From contig NW_002060946.1 of assembly GCF_000150275.1 (NCBI RefSeq), positions 2,437,454 through 2,501,453 of the forward strand: a DNA stretch of 64,000 nt, in the 5' to 3' direction. Position numbers and translations under genes: made by a program. The notes beneath the pieces were generated by a model. That model had not been told where the DNA came from and searched no databases. It worked only from the letters and a program-made list of their open reading frames with translations. The DNA is from Trichoplax adhaerens. Lineage: Eukaryota; Animalia; Placozoa. Within the stretch, counting starts at the first letter, position 1. Each line of letters begins with the position of its first letter. This document shows, in pieces, positions 1 through 13,520 of the stretch.

Positions 1-908
1 GTAAAACGACATTAATTATTAACTTTAATTTTGCACGATATGCTAGGTTACTTGATGAACATATTTTTTGACGACTCTTTCACGACTGTAACTGAATTTG
101 AATAACTTGTAAAACTACAACTACCATATAAAACACTACACAATTGTATAGCAGTTGATACACAATCAAAACTTAGAATATGATGAACCACCTCTTATTT
201 ATGTAGTGTCCGTACCAGTTAACGTTTGTTCAACTCTATTTATTTACCTACAATCAAACCAATTTACAAATATTGACTTGAATAGGTCATATATTAACGC
301 GCTGTTATAGTAGTGATATACGTCTTACACAACCAGAATGGTACACGTACTTTTATCTTTAAATTAAGTAGGTAATTGATGTGATTACTTTTCTTCAATA
401 GGAAGAATTATGCGTATACGTAGCCCCTATTGTTCTGTAACTTGCTCAAGTACTCTACAGTAGCTTGTTCATCTGCTCTAAGAGGAACTTTGTGTTTAGT
501 TTATATACTTCTGCTTCGTTGACTGCTCAGTTGTACCAATGTTGCTTAATTAATTCCAATCTTTTGACTTAAACATTAGCATAATAGTCATTTCCAAAGC
601 ATAACATGATCGTAGATAACGAGTAGGCAGTATATCGTTATAGACACACTCTTGCTGAATCACTTGTATATCGGTATGTCTAGGCCAAAGTTATAATCGA
701 CAGTCAGCTCTAGCTCTATTGCGATTGAAATATCCTCTAATAAATTTTGATGGCATATTTTATATATATGGCTTCGCTTGGGACTGTAGTTACACCGTCC
801 TATAAATTTCAAGAACTTATCGTTCATTATTGTAACTTCATAATGACAATCATTTCACAGATCCTTTACTAATTGCCTTTCCTTGTCGTTCTTTCTTTCA
901 ACTTGTAG

Positions 909-2762
909 CTTCCCTTGGTCAATTATCAAACCACTAATCGTTAAAAAGCTTGATAATGTTATGTGTGACCTGTACCAACAATGCAAATCATCTAACAGCA
1001 TGTCGTTAGAAGCTTTCAATGAAATTCGAGCTCGATTGCTTGACTATCTGGATTCATTCATAGAGTGAGTTTACTTGCCAATGTTTTATATTTCCGTTTG
1101 TTTCTTGCAAATTAAGGATTACTAGACTAGATAACTCTTCTGTTCGGCTATACACTTAAAGTTGTACTACCAAGTAGTACTCTAAGGACGATGAAAAAAA
1201 TACGTGTACATTTCAATTGTTTCACCTTACGTATAGTATAACCCAATGTGTGCCGGTATCATTTATGATATTGTATTTGTATAGCAATGATGATACTAAT
1301 TTGACGATTCAAATCATTGATATGTGACATATGACGACAATTCTTAATTACAGAGCTCCCTTTACAATGCAACGAATCGCAGAATTACTTATTGAACCGT
1401 ACAGGTACTACAGTAATAGTGAGAAGTTTCTAAGAGGCATCGAAAAGGTACGTTGCTTGTAGTCAATAATTGTATGCAACAACATCACTGAATAACTATT
1501 GTGTATTAAAAATTTTACTGAAAGAACGATTCTGTAATCGATCTGGTCATTAATTTTATGTCACATAATAATAAATTCTAATGTAAAGTTGAATATCGAA
1601 TATATGCCATACTTTTAAAATGTTTATTTCGCCCTTGTCAATGAAAACTGAATTATTAAATTTATTATTTCTCTTTCCGTTACAACAGAATATATTGGTA
1701 ATAAGTACCGTTGAACCGAATTACAACAACAAGTTACTGTAAGTATTAGTATGAATTAAATAATATATGCGTAAATGGATATCTGTGCCGCATCCGAGAA
1801 GAAAGTTTTCACAACATTATTGCCTTAACATGCCTATGCACCAACATTACATCGTTTCCTATATGTTGTAGTAATGCACTACCATTAAAAAGATGTAAAT
1901 AGTCTGCATTAGTTATCTTCCAGTATTACAATACATAGAGTACTTCGCACGCTCCTGTTGTTACCACTATAAAATGGCGTTATTGCTATATAATTAATTA
2001 ATCTTCATGCTTAGTTACGTGATAGCCCTGTTTTGATGTCATTTTTATCTGATTTTGCATTTTTAAAACAGAATAAATCATAAAATAGAAAGGGAATCAC
2101 TAGCAAATGGTATAAAACAAAACGACAAGACGACTGAATATGATATCGAAATAAATGATCAATCAGGTATGTTTACTTGAACAAAGACTAACATTTTTCC
2201 TTGACTAGTACCTTCTAGAATCATTACGATGTTTTAATTACTGTTAATTATTTATTTAGTAGATAATGGTAACATCATAGTGAACGACTCTGCTCAGCAT
2301 TCAGAAAGTGATATAAAGAATGGTATATTATATTTTATTTAAATTTCTGTAACGTATCACATAGTTCACTTTTTTCTCTATATCATGTATAACGAAAATT
2401 TATTTACTTTAGAATCAATGGACGATTTGAAACCATTAAACCCTGGTGATAGCGATTATACAAGTCCGCCAATACATAAAAATGGAGATGACGTCAATGT
2501 AAGTGAAAAATGTACCGAAGACGAGGTGAAAGATAAAAGTGACCATAATTCTGAGCCAGATGACGATGCGACTCCTCCGATCTCGCCTTCCGTTGATGCA
2601 GAAGAAGAACTTAACTTTGGGCAGGTTGTAATCCCTAAAGTAGCGCAGAATGCATTGCAAACTCTCATGACTACCTCCGAGAGAGAAGTAGTCAATTCTA
2701 ATCATACCATTGACGATGGTAGATTATTTCTTGCTAACGAAGACTCAGTTCATTGTAAATAG
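909..2762 (+). CDS. PPP4R2: Serine/threonine-protein phosphatase 4 regulatory subunit 2, 5'-incomplete. Exons 909-1064, 1354-1447, 1689-1738, 2072-2166, 2260-2322, 2413-2762
   Basis: GT-AG exons join in frame to [18 protein letters not shown]...[54 protein letters not shown]. This matches the PPP4R2 signature (PFTIQRLCELL...KFLRGVEKNVMVVS) and is followed by an acidic low-complexity tail. The first coding exon was not found and is probably upstream of the window. The 3' end is uncertain. Confidence 0.9.
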
Positions 2763-5700
2763 TTTAATCCAAGTAGGCTACTGCTAAAGCTAGCACTATA
2801 AGATGGCCGGTATGTTTTTAAATATTCTTATCTTTTATAACTTGATATAAGATACAGTATAGCGCCTCCTTTACCATCCGTTGTGTCGTTGAATAAATTT
2901 AACGAAATGTAATTAGACAGGCATATAGCTATAGATAAAACGACATGAAAATTAATCTGTAACTCGATAGTAAGCTGCTATGAATATCTGGATATCGGAG
3001 ATTTTCATAGGTATTTAAAAGTAGCTTATTTGCTCTTTAGCTTTATGTTACCCACATAATCAATATCGGCCGTGAAATTTACATCACACTATGTAATTAA
3101 CGCTAGTACAGTAATAATGTACGCGTTATTGAATTAGTGGCTTACAACAAAGCTTGTAGGTAATGTTGATACTTTACTTGATTCTCAAAGCATCGGTTTG
3201 TTTTATTATAAATTTACAATAACGGAATGTCCGTTAGTATCTTGGAAATGTACTATAATGAGTATCATAGGATATTTCACTTTTCAGATAAATCATTCGT
3301 GCTTGTATTACTTACTAACGTAGATGTACAAGCGACATACGCCAACAGAAAATTATTCTGTGTTAAAATTTGTATAATAACTATCACTCTCATCAAAAAG
3401 GTATTTTAAAAAGATCGCTTTATGGCGAAGTTAAATTTAAAGTGTAAAAAAATGTATCCTACGTTTCAATTTTGCTGTTAATTATTGCTCGTCAACTAAA
3501 GTATTGTTAAATCAATAAGTGAATTAGACAAGCAAGATGGTACCAAACTTTAGATGACATCGTTTAGCGAAATAATGCTTTTAATATATTACTCCAATCT
3601 GGAGTGTAAGATGATTAAGATAAGGTATTCTGCTACGTAATGTCATAAGCCAACTTAGCCTGGTTCACTTTTGTATTATATTTAACATAATTATTTGTAG
3701 GCATTAATTGACTTGTGTCTTATTTCGCTTCTGGGGCAGACAAGAATGATTGTCAATAAAATTGCTATTGATATATAAAATAAATACTGTAGATTGTTAT
3801 AAAATTTCTCTCTTTCTCGCAATTTTCGCAAGTGGCAATGATGGAACTTTAGCTTCAACTTTTAAAATTTTACAAGATAAACTGTTATAAAAATTAAGTC
3901 TTGTTGCCAATCTATTTGTACAATCACATTTATACAAACAACTATATTAAGGATTCTATCCAATTATTATATGAAGGCAAGCTTGAAATTTTATAACAAC
4001 ATGTATTGCTTTTCTCCCCCACAGGTGAGCTACGTCGATAATTGAAGTAGCTATCAATAAATTTGAGATTGCTCCATGAGACAGCATTATCTGCTTTCGT
4101 TTGCTAGTTTTGACCTTTTCCCCCTCTAATTACTTATGTAAAGCATTACAATAACTCTATAGCCAAAGTCAAATGAATTGATTAGATTCCATGAGATTGG
4201 ATGTAAGTATGTTTTTATTCATGCGTTTTATATCATTTTTATTCAGCGTTTTATATCATTTTTATATGCAAGTATTCACTGTGTAAGCCAGCTTTTATCA
4301 ATAATAACAATTATGTATCATAATTGACCCAATTTTCTCTAAAAATTAATTCGAAATAATAAGCAATAATAACTAGCCCATTGAATAATTAATAATATCC
4401 ATTGGTCATGACAACAATATTTCCAAATCAAAAAGACCTGAAGTATAAATATGCCATAATATACCGTAACCGTGCTCTGTACAATCTATTCAATAAAATA
4501 GTGATTTATAGTGTGTTTAGTATTTACGTGAAGATTGCAGTCAAATATCTGAGATGTAATAAATGTGTATGATGAAACACTGCTATAACTCACTGACACC
4601 CTACAGTGAAGATGAAGAAAAGACAGAAAATATCGCAATCACAGCTAAATTAAATATTAACGCAAAATAATTCATTTACACTATAAATTTAACGTGATTT
4701 TGTTCATAGACAGCATAACTATGTAATATGCTATGCAGCAAGAAAGCGCAATTCAAGCATCGCAAATATAAATATACTTGTAAAAGCATTTAAAAAATAT
4801 AGATAATGAAATGGCAACAAGGGCAACCGCAGATATTGCTATGCGTTATGGTTGCTTTTAACGTGTCTTTTATCGTTAATAACATTTTATGCTGGAAAAG
4901 TACTTTGCAATTGCAAACTTGATAAAAATTTGATCTTAATTAAAATAGTGAATTACGTTCAAGAGTTTGTTTAAGTCATATAGTATTTAAAATCTCTTAT
5001 CCACACTATCCATTTTATTACATGATTTAATAGTGCATAAAGTACAATGATGTAGATAGTAAGTTAAACTCTCCAATCATTATCAAGACAGGTGCTAGTT
5101 AAGAAAACAGCATTAGTAAGATAACATATAAACTGAAGTGCTTTAGTCTGGTTATGCTGGAATCATTTTCTCGAATAATTGTTTAGGACAATATAGCAGT
5201 AGCAATGCGTAAGTATTCTGATTTCTAATCTTACTTTACACACCACTCATAACAATCATCAATTAATGTAATACGCGAAGTGATTCGATTATGACAGAAT
5301 TAGAGGCTGGCTTATTTGTTCAAAACTCCACAATCGATATTTCATATGATAACCATGGATGCAAGCATAGACTTGTGAAATAATTAATAGTTGAAATGGC
5401 GGAGTTGATTATATTTTAGTAGCTTAAATAATGAATTTTAGTTTAAAACAGAATTTGATGCGTGCTATTTTGTTTGTAATCCTGCACTAGATATCTCCTA
5501 CAAACAATTACGAATATTCTTTATTGTACTCATCGAAACTTGAAAAAACTGATCTAATTCTATTCTAGTAATTTTCAGGCTATGTAGTAGTTTAATTAGA
5601 GGCAATGATTTGCTCATAAATTCTGCCTACTTATGTCCTATGATAACCAAGGATATTATATATTGCACTCATTCAAAATTGTAAAGATAAATTTGATCCT

Positions 5701-6329
5701 ATTCTAGCCATTTTCAAACCACTTAACAGCTTGATTAGAGGTGCTATCTTGTTTTTATTTTTGCCTTAGTGTCCTTAATGAAAATGACCAATAGAGAGAT
5801 GATACTTATCCAGTAGTTCATCAATTTGAAGTTATTGTAGCAATTTTTAGGCTTTTTTGTAATTTAAAACAGAATTAGAATCGGTGTATATAGATCATAA
5901 ATCTGTCTCATAGGAGTTCTGAAATTATATTTGTATAATATTTGTCCAATGATGAATTTGATAGTTTTCTCTCATAGATTAGAATGTATAGCTGTTTTGA
6001 AAACAGGAATACCATCAGCTACTTGTTGATATTTTGGATTTCACGCATGCCAACCATGATTATAATTTATGCAAATTGGAATGATTCATTACTTTATAAT
6101 ATAATTCTACTCTGTTTTGGATATTTCTTACGATTATCGTAAACATCCATGAGCCTATATCACTATCACATAAATTATAGCATCTAATATACCGGCATCT
6201 CATGGATATTCAATTTGTCCAACTTGATTGGACGATTGATTGATTGGTTGATCATTAGTTTTACAAATTGCTCGCGATACCGTTAATTCTTAAATCGAAT
6301 CGCTTGTATAATTATTTAACGAAATAAAA

Positions 6330-9300
6330 TTATGCTGTCTTGATGCTTGCTTTATCACATTGTAGGTTATCATAATTGGATTGATGATACTGATCGAAAT
6401 ACTTGGCAACGTGATTGTGATATTCCTGCCAATCATTAACCACAAAAACGGGATCTTGGTAATAATGTTTTCCAATCTTTCCTCTTGAAGTACTCCACGT
6501 TTTGTATAGTTTAACATTATCGTTATCTTCATCAAATCGAATATGATTAACTTTAACACCTTTCATACTACCATTTAAGCTAATGGCTGATAGTTTACTT
6601 TCTATCGTTGAATGTTCAGGCAATTGGCTAATATTCATTTCACTGTAACTATGCATAAATTGATGACGATTATCTTTGAACTCTGTATAATAATCAGCTA
6701 AGTCACTATCACTCGTGGTTTTATTGCTTGTATTAGCATCAATCTTCTCTGTATTTATTTTATGATCGTCATATTCTCTTGAGCTAGGTGATTTCAAATT
6801 AGAGTAGATGGAATTGCTTTTGTCATCATTTGGAATATCGCTTTCATCATCGACATCATTAGAATTCGTCAATCTTTCCTCATATTGGTAGCTAAAATTG
6901 TCATTCGTGACTAGATTCTCGTTGAAATCAATTTCACTTTCCCATTCTAATGTTGGCCCGTCTTCCATATGTTTCTTGATCGATGGTAGTAATACTACAT
7001 CACTATTATTATGATACTTTAGCCCTGATTCGTCATCATCTTGCGATACAAGATGTGAATCTGTTTCAGAATTGAACGCAATTTGTGCTGGCACCGAGCA
7101 TGAAGAAGTGTGAATATTTGTCTGGCATAAAACTGAGCCAGAAAATCGTTTCATTTGTTGGGATACTTTACTTGCTTTATGGCTTGAGTTACTCAAATGG
7201 TAATTGCGTAATGATAATAATTCCAGGGAATGACTTTTTGTCATCTTTGATGAACAATCTTGATTTTGTAACAAATTTTTGCCATCATTTCGTATCGATT
7301 TGATACCCAGTGGATCTTTTGATTTCTTCTTATTTCTAGGTAAAGATTGGTTGCCTTTGAAGGAAGGATTGTGTAATTTCTTACTATTCAAGGATAGATT
7401 TAATTTTCTTAGTTTATCATTAAAGCTATCATTTTGTGCTTCTGAACCTGCTGAGACAATATTATCATAAAAACGATTATCATCCAGACTATAACGACCA
7501 TTTTGGTTTAATGATGATGACGATGACGATAACGATTTCATATCGGCTACTTTAGCTCGATCATGGTCAGTTATTGGATAGGGAGGAGATCTATCATCAG
7601 TATCTTGCATTTCAGGATTTCTATATCGCCTAGAATCGATTAGATTATCCGTTTGGCTAGATTGTGTAATACATTTATTCTGAATGCGATGATCATTTTT
7701 AGCTAGTAAAGGCTTATGACATCGTTTTTTCCTCCGACTGCTGCTTCTTTCATTTGGATGGCGTGCGATTTTTCGAGCAATGAGTAGATTAATGGGTTCA
7801 ACAGCATTTGAAATTTTTCTTGCAGCTTGGTCTTGTGTTAAATTGGTTATATCTTTACCATTGACCTAATACATAAAATAGTAATAGGAATCAATTTTAA
7901 TCTTTGATGATCGATAGAAAATAATCAAATCTAAGTTAATTTCGAACAGGTCTCCTGGCATAAAATGGAAGTGATCATGCCTTAAAATTGATCCATACTA
8001 GCGAGTCGATTGTGTCGTTACTGATTAATTTTAGAATCAATTATGAGCTATTAGCAAAAAATTTTATCTAAATAATTATTACCTGCAAAATTCTATCATA
8101 AATTGCTAATCGGCTAGCAGCTAAAGTGCCGTCGGCGATTTTGGATACATAAACACCAGTTGGTTGATGCTAGAAAGGAACAAATTAAACAAGCGAGGAT
8201 GATTACAGAGTACGAAGAATTATACTGCATAGAGAGCTTGAATGACATAGAACTTTAACATTTTTATTGTTATTCCGAGGTAAAACGGAAATACATTTAT
8301 TTATTAACAGTATCTTAAAATTATATCAATCCATGTATGTCAATAAAGTCCTCAAATGAACTGATGTAATTTCAAATCTATACCGAGGTTAATTAGCAAA
8401 TATAACGGTAAATTACAAAATGGAAATTTCAGTAGAAATCCTCAAAGTGTAGCCACTATTTGTTCTTCGATATTGTCAAAAAAATTGACTTACCGCATCG
8501 AATCCTTTTACACTAAAACCAAAAGAGTTGTTCTCTTTCACAAGAAGAAGACTTATAACAACTTCAGAAACTTCCTAATATGATATAAAAATATCTGGCT
8601 TTAGCGGTCAATATTGATTGCATAAGTAAAGTACCGGAATATTTAGACTATAAGTTCTATCATGAAATTAATTCAATAGTGCTGTACTTTAATAAATTAG
8701 CGATAATCGATAATCACTAAAATACCTCTTGGATTTTATCATGAGAGAACTGAACAAGAATGATCGAGATGGACGATTTAAGAATCAATGAAGCCCTCCA
8801 TTCAATCAGGTACTGCATGATTAGAGTTAACATGTCTAGGTCTACAGTGAGCTTAGATGGTTAAGGTATCGCAATATTATCTGCAGCTCTAATAGGACCA
8901 TTCAAGTATTTCATAACTGCAATAAGACATGGAATTAAAGATGATTTCAAATGGTAGACTGTACTAAATAATTAAATAGAAAAAAGTATAACATAACTTG
9001 TCTGAATATGCTATAAATTGTGATCATTAAAGTACTACTTGGGCTAACAAAATATGTACTGTAGACGGATGATTTTGAATAATAGGTTTCAGTAGGTATT
9101 CTATAATCCAACTCCAGATAACTATAAGTCGACTGCTATAATGATGTATCTTATTCTCTTTCTATGACCCATTCGATCATGATGAAATGAACTCCACTAA
9201 ATACTTTGATTGAGAAATTGGATTACGTCTATATTCCGATTGGAAGAGGATCATTTCAATCTTACTCCTCTTTGGAAATATTTACGATAGGAAAAAGCAA

Positions 9301-10183
9301 ACAGACATCAAACTATTCCAGAGCAAGTTGAACTTACCGTTGGAGAATAACTTGGCTTTAATCCTGCTTTTTCATGATCATTGTTGACAGGTATCGAAGG
9401 TCGATAGACTAATCCTTGTTTTAATAATTTCATGGTATCATTTAAAGTTGCAATTTGATTTTCTTGCGACCAAATTGTAATCTGTTGCTCGGCTACTTTT
9501 TGACGTAAAAGTTTAAAGTCAATTTGATGTTGTTTATTAAAATCGACTAGACTGGTAAAATATGCATGGCCGCTATCTTGGACTGGATAATGGATAGCAT
9601 CGATTTGTTGGCCATTTAACGGGCGAAGATATTGCACGTCGTGGCGTGATTTATCGCCATAACTGCGTGATCGTTGAGCGGTATACCGCTTAAAAGAATG
9701 AGGATTTTCCTCTTGTTGATAATGACGATGATTTATCGCTCTTTCTTCATCGTCATCTGCATGGATTCTATGAATTTTAACCGAGTCTTTCTTCTTTTTC
9801 TGATAGAAGTTATAGCGATAATTGCAAGAATGTAAATGAGATCGGACATTTTCAACCTGTAATGTCCGACGGCAGCCTAAACTCTTATAAGGGCATGATA
9901 ATTGTAATTTATTGAGTACGGCACGTAGGTTAATTGCTTTCTTTAAGGCTTGTGCAGAAAGCCATCGGCTGCAATGGGCCGCCGGACATTGCTTAATCGG
10001 TCCATCGCTCGTTAACTTGTAGGCTTTGGTGCTATCTTCTCGTGCTAGCCAAGATTGGATACATTGCATGCAAAAAACATGCTTACAACTGGTTACCATC
10101 GGTTCATCAGCGACTAATGTACATAATTTACAGATCATATAAGGATAAATGCGATCAAGAAAGAGATCAGGATCGAAGCCCAT
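6330..10183 (-). CDS. PDZRN3: PDZ-domain RING finger E3 ubiquitin ligase, PDZRN3/4 (LNX3/4)-like, about 849 aa. Exons 10183-9338, 8574-8494, 8169-8083, 7865-6330; possible extra microexon 8749-8726
   Basis: N-terminus MGFDPDLF...CKLC...CKHVFCMQC...CPAAHC is a C3HC4 RING, followed by a CPYKSLGC...HLHSC zinc finger, resembling the PDZRN3 start. Phase-0 exons give one PDZ domain (SFGFSVKG / GVYVSKIADGTLAASRLAIYDRILQ / VNGKDITNLTQDQAARKISNAVEPINLLIAR) running in frame into ORF 6330-7610. Likely co-orthologue of PDZRN3 and PDZRN4. Confidence 0.88.
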
Positions 10184-11255
10184 AATGTCAAGAATTATTT
10201 GTTGAGGAAAATACTCTCAACAGTAGAGATATATGTCCTATAAAAAGGAATGAAAATGTCAGTATTCAATGGACGAGTTAATGTGCTAGCATTCAACCGC
10301 AATATGGCCATCTTCAGGTATTCATAATATTGACTAACATCAAAGTGAATGAATCAATATATTATAGAATATATCGGGGCAGAAATTGATTTTGAATTGA
10401 ACACATGATGGAATAGGATTCAATCAGAGTATGATCTTCTACGCGATGAATACTATCCAGTTCTAGTTGAACAAGCCAATCGGCCTAAAATGAATCAAGC
10501 TGTAATTCTTGCTTCTATTGACATAACGGGGATGGGCTAGAATTAGTGGACTTGTAATTGCCCACTTGAGTACTAGGCAATTATCCAGCTTACTTTTCAA
10601 TCTCAAATTTTCATCAATAACGAGCAAAAGAATGACAAGCAACAATAGACGATTAAGGAAATGGAAATTTTCTCAAAAGAATACTTTTCTATTTAATTAT
10701 TAATTGATGTTAGAACAAGAGGAATATCCTTGTCAATCAAGGGCGATTTACGCATTTCTATTCATCACGGTTGGAGTAAGAGGAGGAAAATGATATCGTT
10801 ATGGCTTTTAATCTGTTTATTGAGGGTAGCCATGGCGAGCGATGATAATCATCTTAAATTTCTTCTTCTAGTATGGTAGTGAACTCTCCAAATTCTTCAT
10901 TCATTTTACTCCTCATTCTGACTAATTTTACCACTCAGTAATTCGAACGCAATATTGCAATCACTATTTTCTCCAACAGATACCATAGCAATTGCAACAG
11001 GCCAAAAAAACGAAGCTATTCATCAAAGTTGTACAGGGAAAATTAGCGAATGCAAATGAAGACTGTACTTTAAACTCTTGGTAACACATGCTTCGAGGGT
11101 GCAATTATAATATCGGAAATTTTCATTTTGTAAAAGAAAAATCTTGCCGTAATGTCCCAATTTTACAACCTTGTCATTGCCATCAAAAAATAGGAATTAT
11201 AACTAAATCAGAACAAATGTCAAAAAGAAATACGCACTCACGTCTGGAAAATCGA

Positions 11256-11470
11256 TTAAAAGGGATACTTTCGATAGGCCCTTTAAAGTACTCTAGTACC
11301 GATTCTATGCAGTTTCAAGGTTCAAATAAAAAAACGTGTAGGATTCAATTTCAAAATAAGAATTACAACCCAACTGGTAGTATATAATGTCAACAAAAAT
11401 ATTGATTTAAGTATAAAAAATATATTAAAGGGGTTACTTCCGATAGGCCCTTTGGAAGTACTCTAGTACT
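11256..11470. repeat. Two diverged ~45-bp direct repeats about 170 bp apart
   Basis: ttaaaagggatactttcgataggccctttaaagtactctagtac (~11256) versus ttaaaggggttacttccgataggccctttggaagtactctagtac (~11425). Confidence 0.7.
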
Positions 11471-12099
11471 GTTCCTGGTCACTTGGAAATTGAAAGAGAA
11501 CAGAACGAGTAGAAATTTAATTTATCGATCGTTCCGATAAGTAAAACAGTGTAAAATAATTAAGAAGTGATCGAATGAATCAGGGAAGAAAGGGGATAAA
11601 CTTTCGCCTTGATTCTAGTGTACGAGTATCGATCAAAAAGGTAACAAAAAAAAACTTGAAATAGATATTTCACTTACTAAAGGCAGTAAAGGAAAATCGT
11701 CAACGTTTACCACACAAATTTGCAACTCATGATTAGTCCGTAGATTGCCTAAAGGCATATTATAAAATTGGCCACGTTAGTAAAACACAAGAGCAAATAG
11801 ATTAGAATAGCGGTCAATCATGGCTTGTCGTAGTAGCTGTAGGCATGATTGCTCGTTACCTATCGAAGGAGGATGAGGATATTTTGCCTTTTTAGTTGTA
11901 CTTCCTGGTTGAATATAAAAACGAAAGTTAACCATGCTGCAAGGTAAGAAATAATTTAATTTCAGTACCGTATAGTAGACATTTACTCTATCCTAGACTA
12001 TATTTCAATATTAAATTAAATTTAATGCATATATAGACAGATTTGAATTTTTCTACCGTAAATTCTAGATTTGGATCATGCCCAAGTAATTGAGAACTA

Positions 12100-13520
12100 A
12101 TTTACACGTCTAATTAGAAATGATTAGAAATTCAATTTTGTTTCCATTCAGGTAATTACAATTCAAGACCAAAACTCCTTCTATTCAATTTTACGCTTCC
12201 ATTTAGACCATGTTCAATTTAATTTCTATTCGGCCATCAAGGTAAAAATGGCGAAACTACAGTAATTCTGTAATCAACATGAAATTATAATTTATTTCAG
12301 ACCTCCATTTAGACTATATCCAATTCATTTCTACTCTACCATCAGGGTAACATTGACAAGAAAATCAAAACTTATTTCTGCTCTGGTAATTCCAATTTAA
12401 GTAAAATGACTACAGAATCGATTATTGCTCCCTCTTATAATTAAGTAATTCCAATTTAAGGCCAAGACTAATCACGATCCACTCGAAATGATTTGATAGT
12501 CTAATTTAGACTATACCCAGCAAATAGCCAATTAAAGTAAAAATAGGAAGAAAATTATCCTTTCTACTCAAGCAAGTTTAATTTGAAGGTGAAGACTCAT
12601 TGCAATCGAGTAGAAACAACAATTAATCCTAAATCTGCATATAGGCAAAATCGAGTTAATACGAGTCTATTGAAGTCAAAGTGACAAGAGAATTGGCTAT
12701 CATTCCTATTCACGTATTACGATCTTGTCTAATTAATATATTACCATCAACTGGAAATCATAATCTATTCTACATGTGGATCAAAATAAAGCGGCATAAG
12801 AATCTTTTACTCCATTAAGTTCACCTTAAAAGGCCGAAACGAAGCACTATCAAATCATCTCAAAATAATAATAACTTATCCAGACCTATATTGAAGTAAA
12901 ATGATACAAGAATCAACTATCCTTTCTACTCTATTCGAAGTCCAAAACTAATAGATAGAACAATTTTTTCGCACTAATATCAAAGTAAAACGATACAAGA
13001 ATCGGTAATCCTATCTACTCTATTTAAAGGCCAAGACTAGTCAAAGGCAGCTAGATAGTACAATTAATCCTGTACTTACATCAATGTAAATGTAAATGAC
13101 ACAAAAATCGACTGTCCTTTCTACTCAATTTGAAAGCCAAAACCAATCAATAGCAACTGAAAATAATAAATTATCCTCTACCTACATCAATCTTGTCTAC
13201 TCTATTAGCACGCAAAAACTAATCAACAACAGCTCGATATTATAATTTATCCTGTGCCTATGTCAATGGTTATGGATAGAAGAATCGTCTTGTCTACTCT
13301 ATCAGAAGGCATAAACTAATCAATAGTAAATGGATATTACAATTTATGCTATACCTTATTCAATGGTTACAAGAATCGCCTTGTCTACTCTATCGTAAGG
13401 CCAAAACTAACCAACAGCAACTCGATATTACAACTTATCTTATACCTACATTAATGGATATCGATACAAGAATCGTCTTGTCTATTTTATTGGAAGGCCA
13501 AAATTAATCAATAGCAACTA
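12100..13520. repeat. Degenerate tandem repeat, ~95-bp unit, about 7 clear copies (12890-13520) plus decayed copies to the left
   Basis: Motif acaagaatc..tctactctat..aggccaaaactaatcaatagcaact recurs, with ctactc anchors near 12926, 13015, 13121, 13197, 13294, 13386 and 13483. Confidence 0.8.

Noticed and set aside
7977-8010. U12 snRNA (starts ATGCCTTAAA)
   Set aside because: The match ends after 10 nt; the branch-pairing GTAAGGA and the rest of the snRNA are missing.
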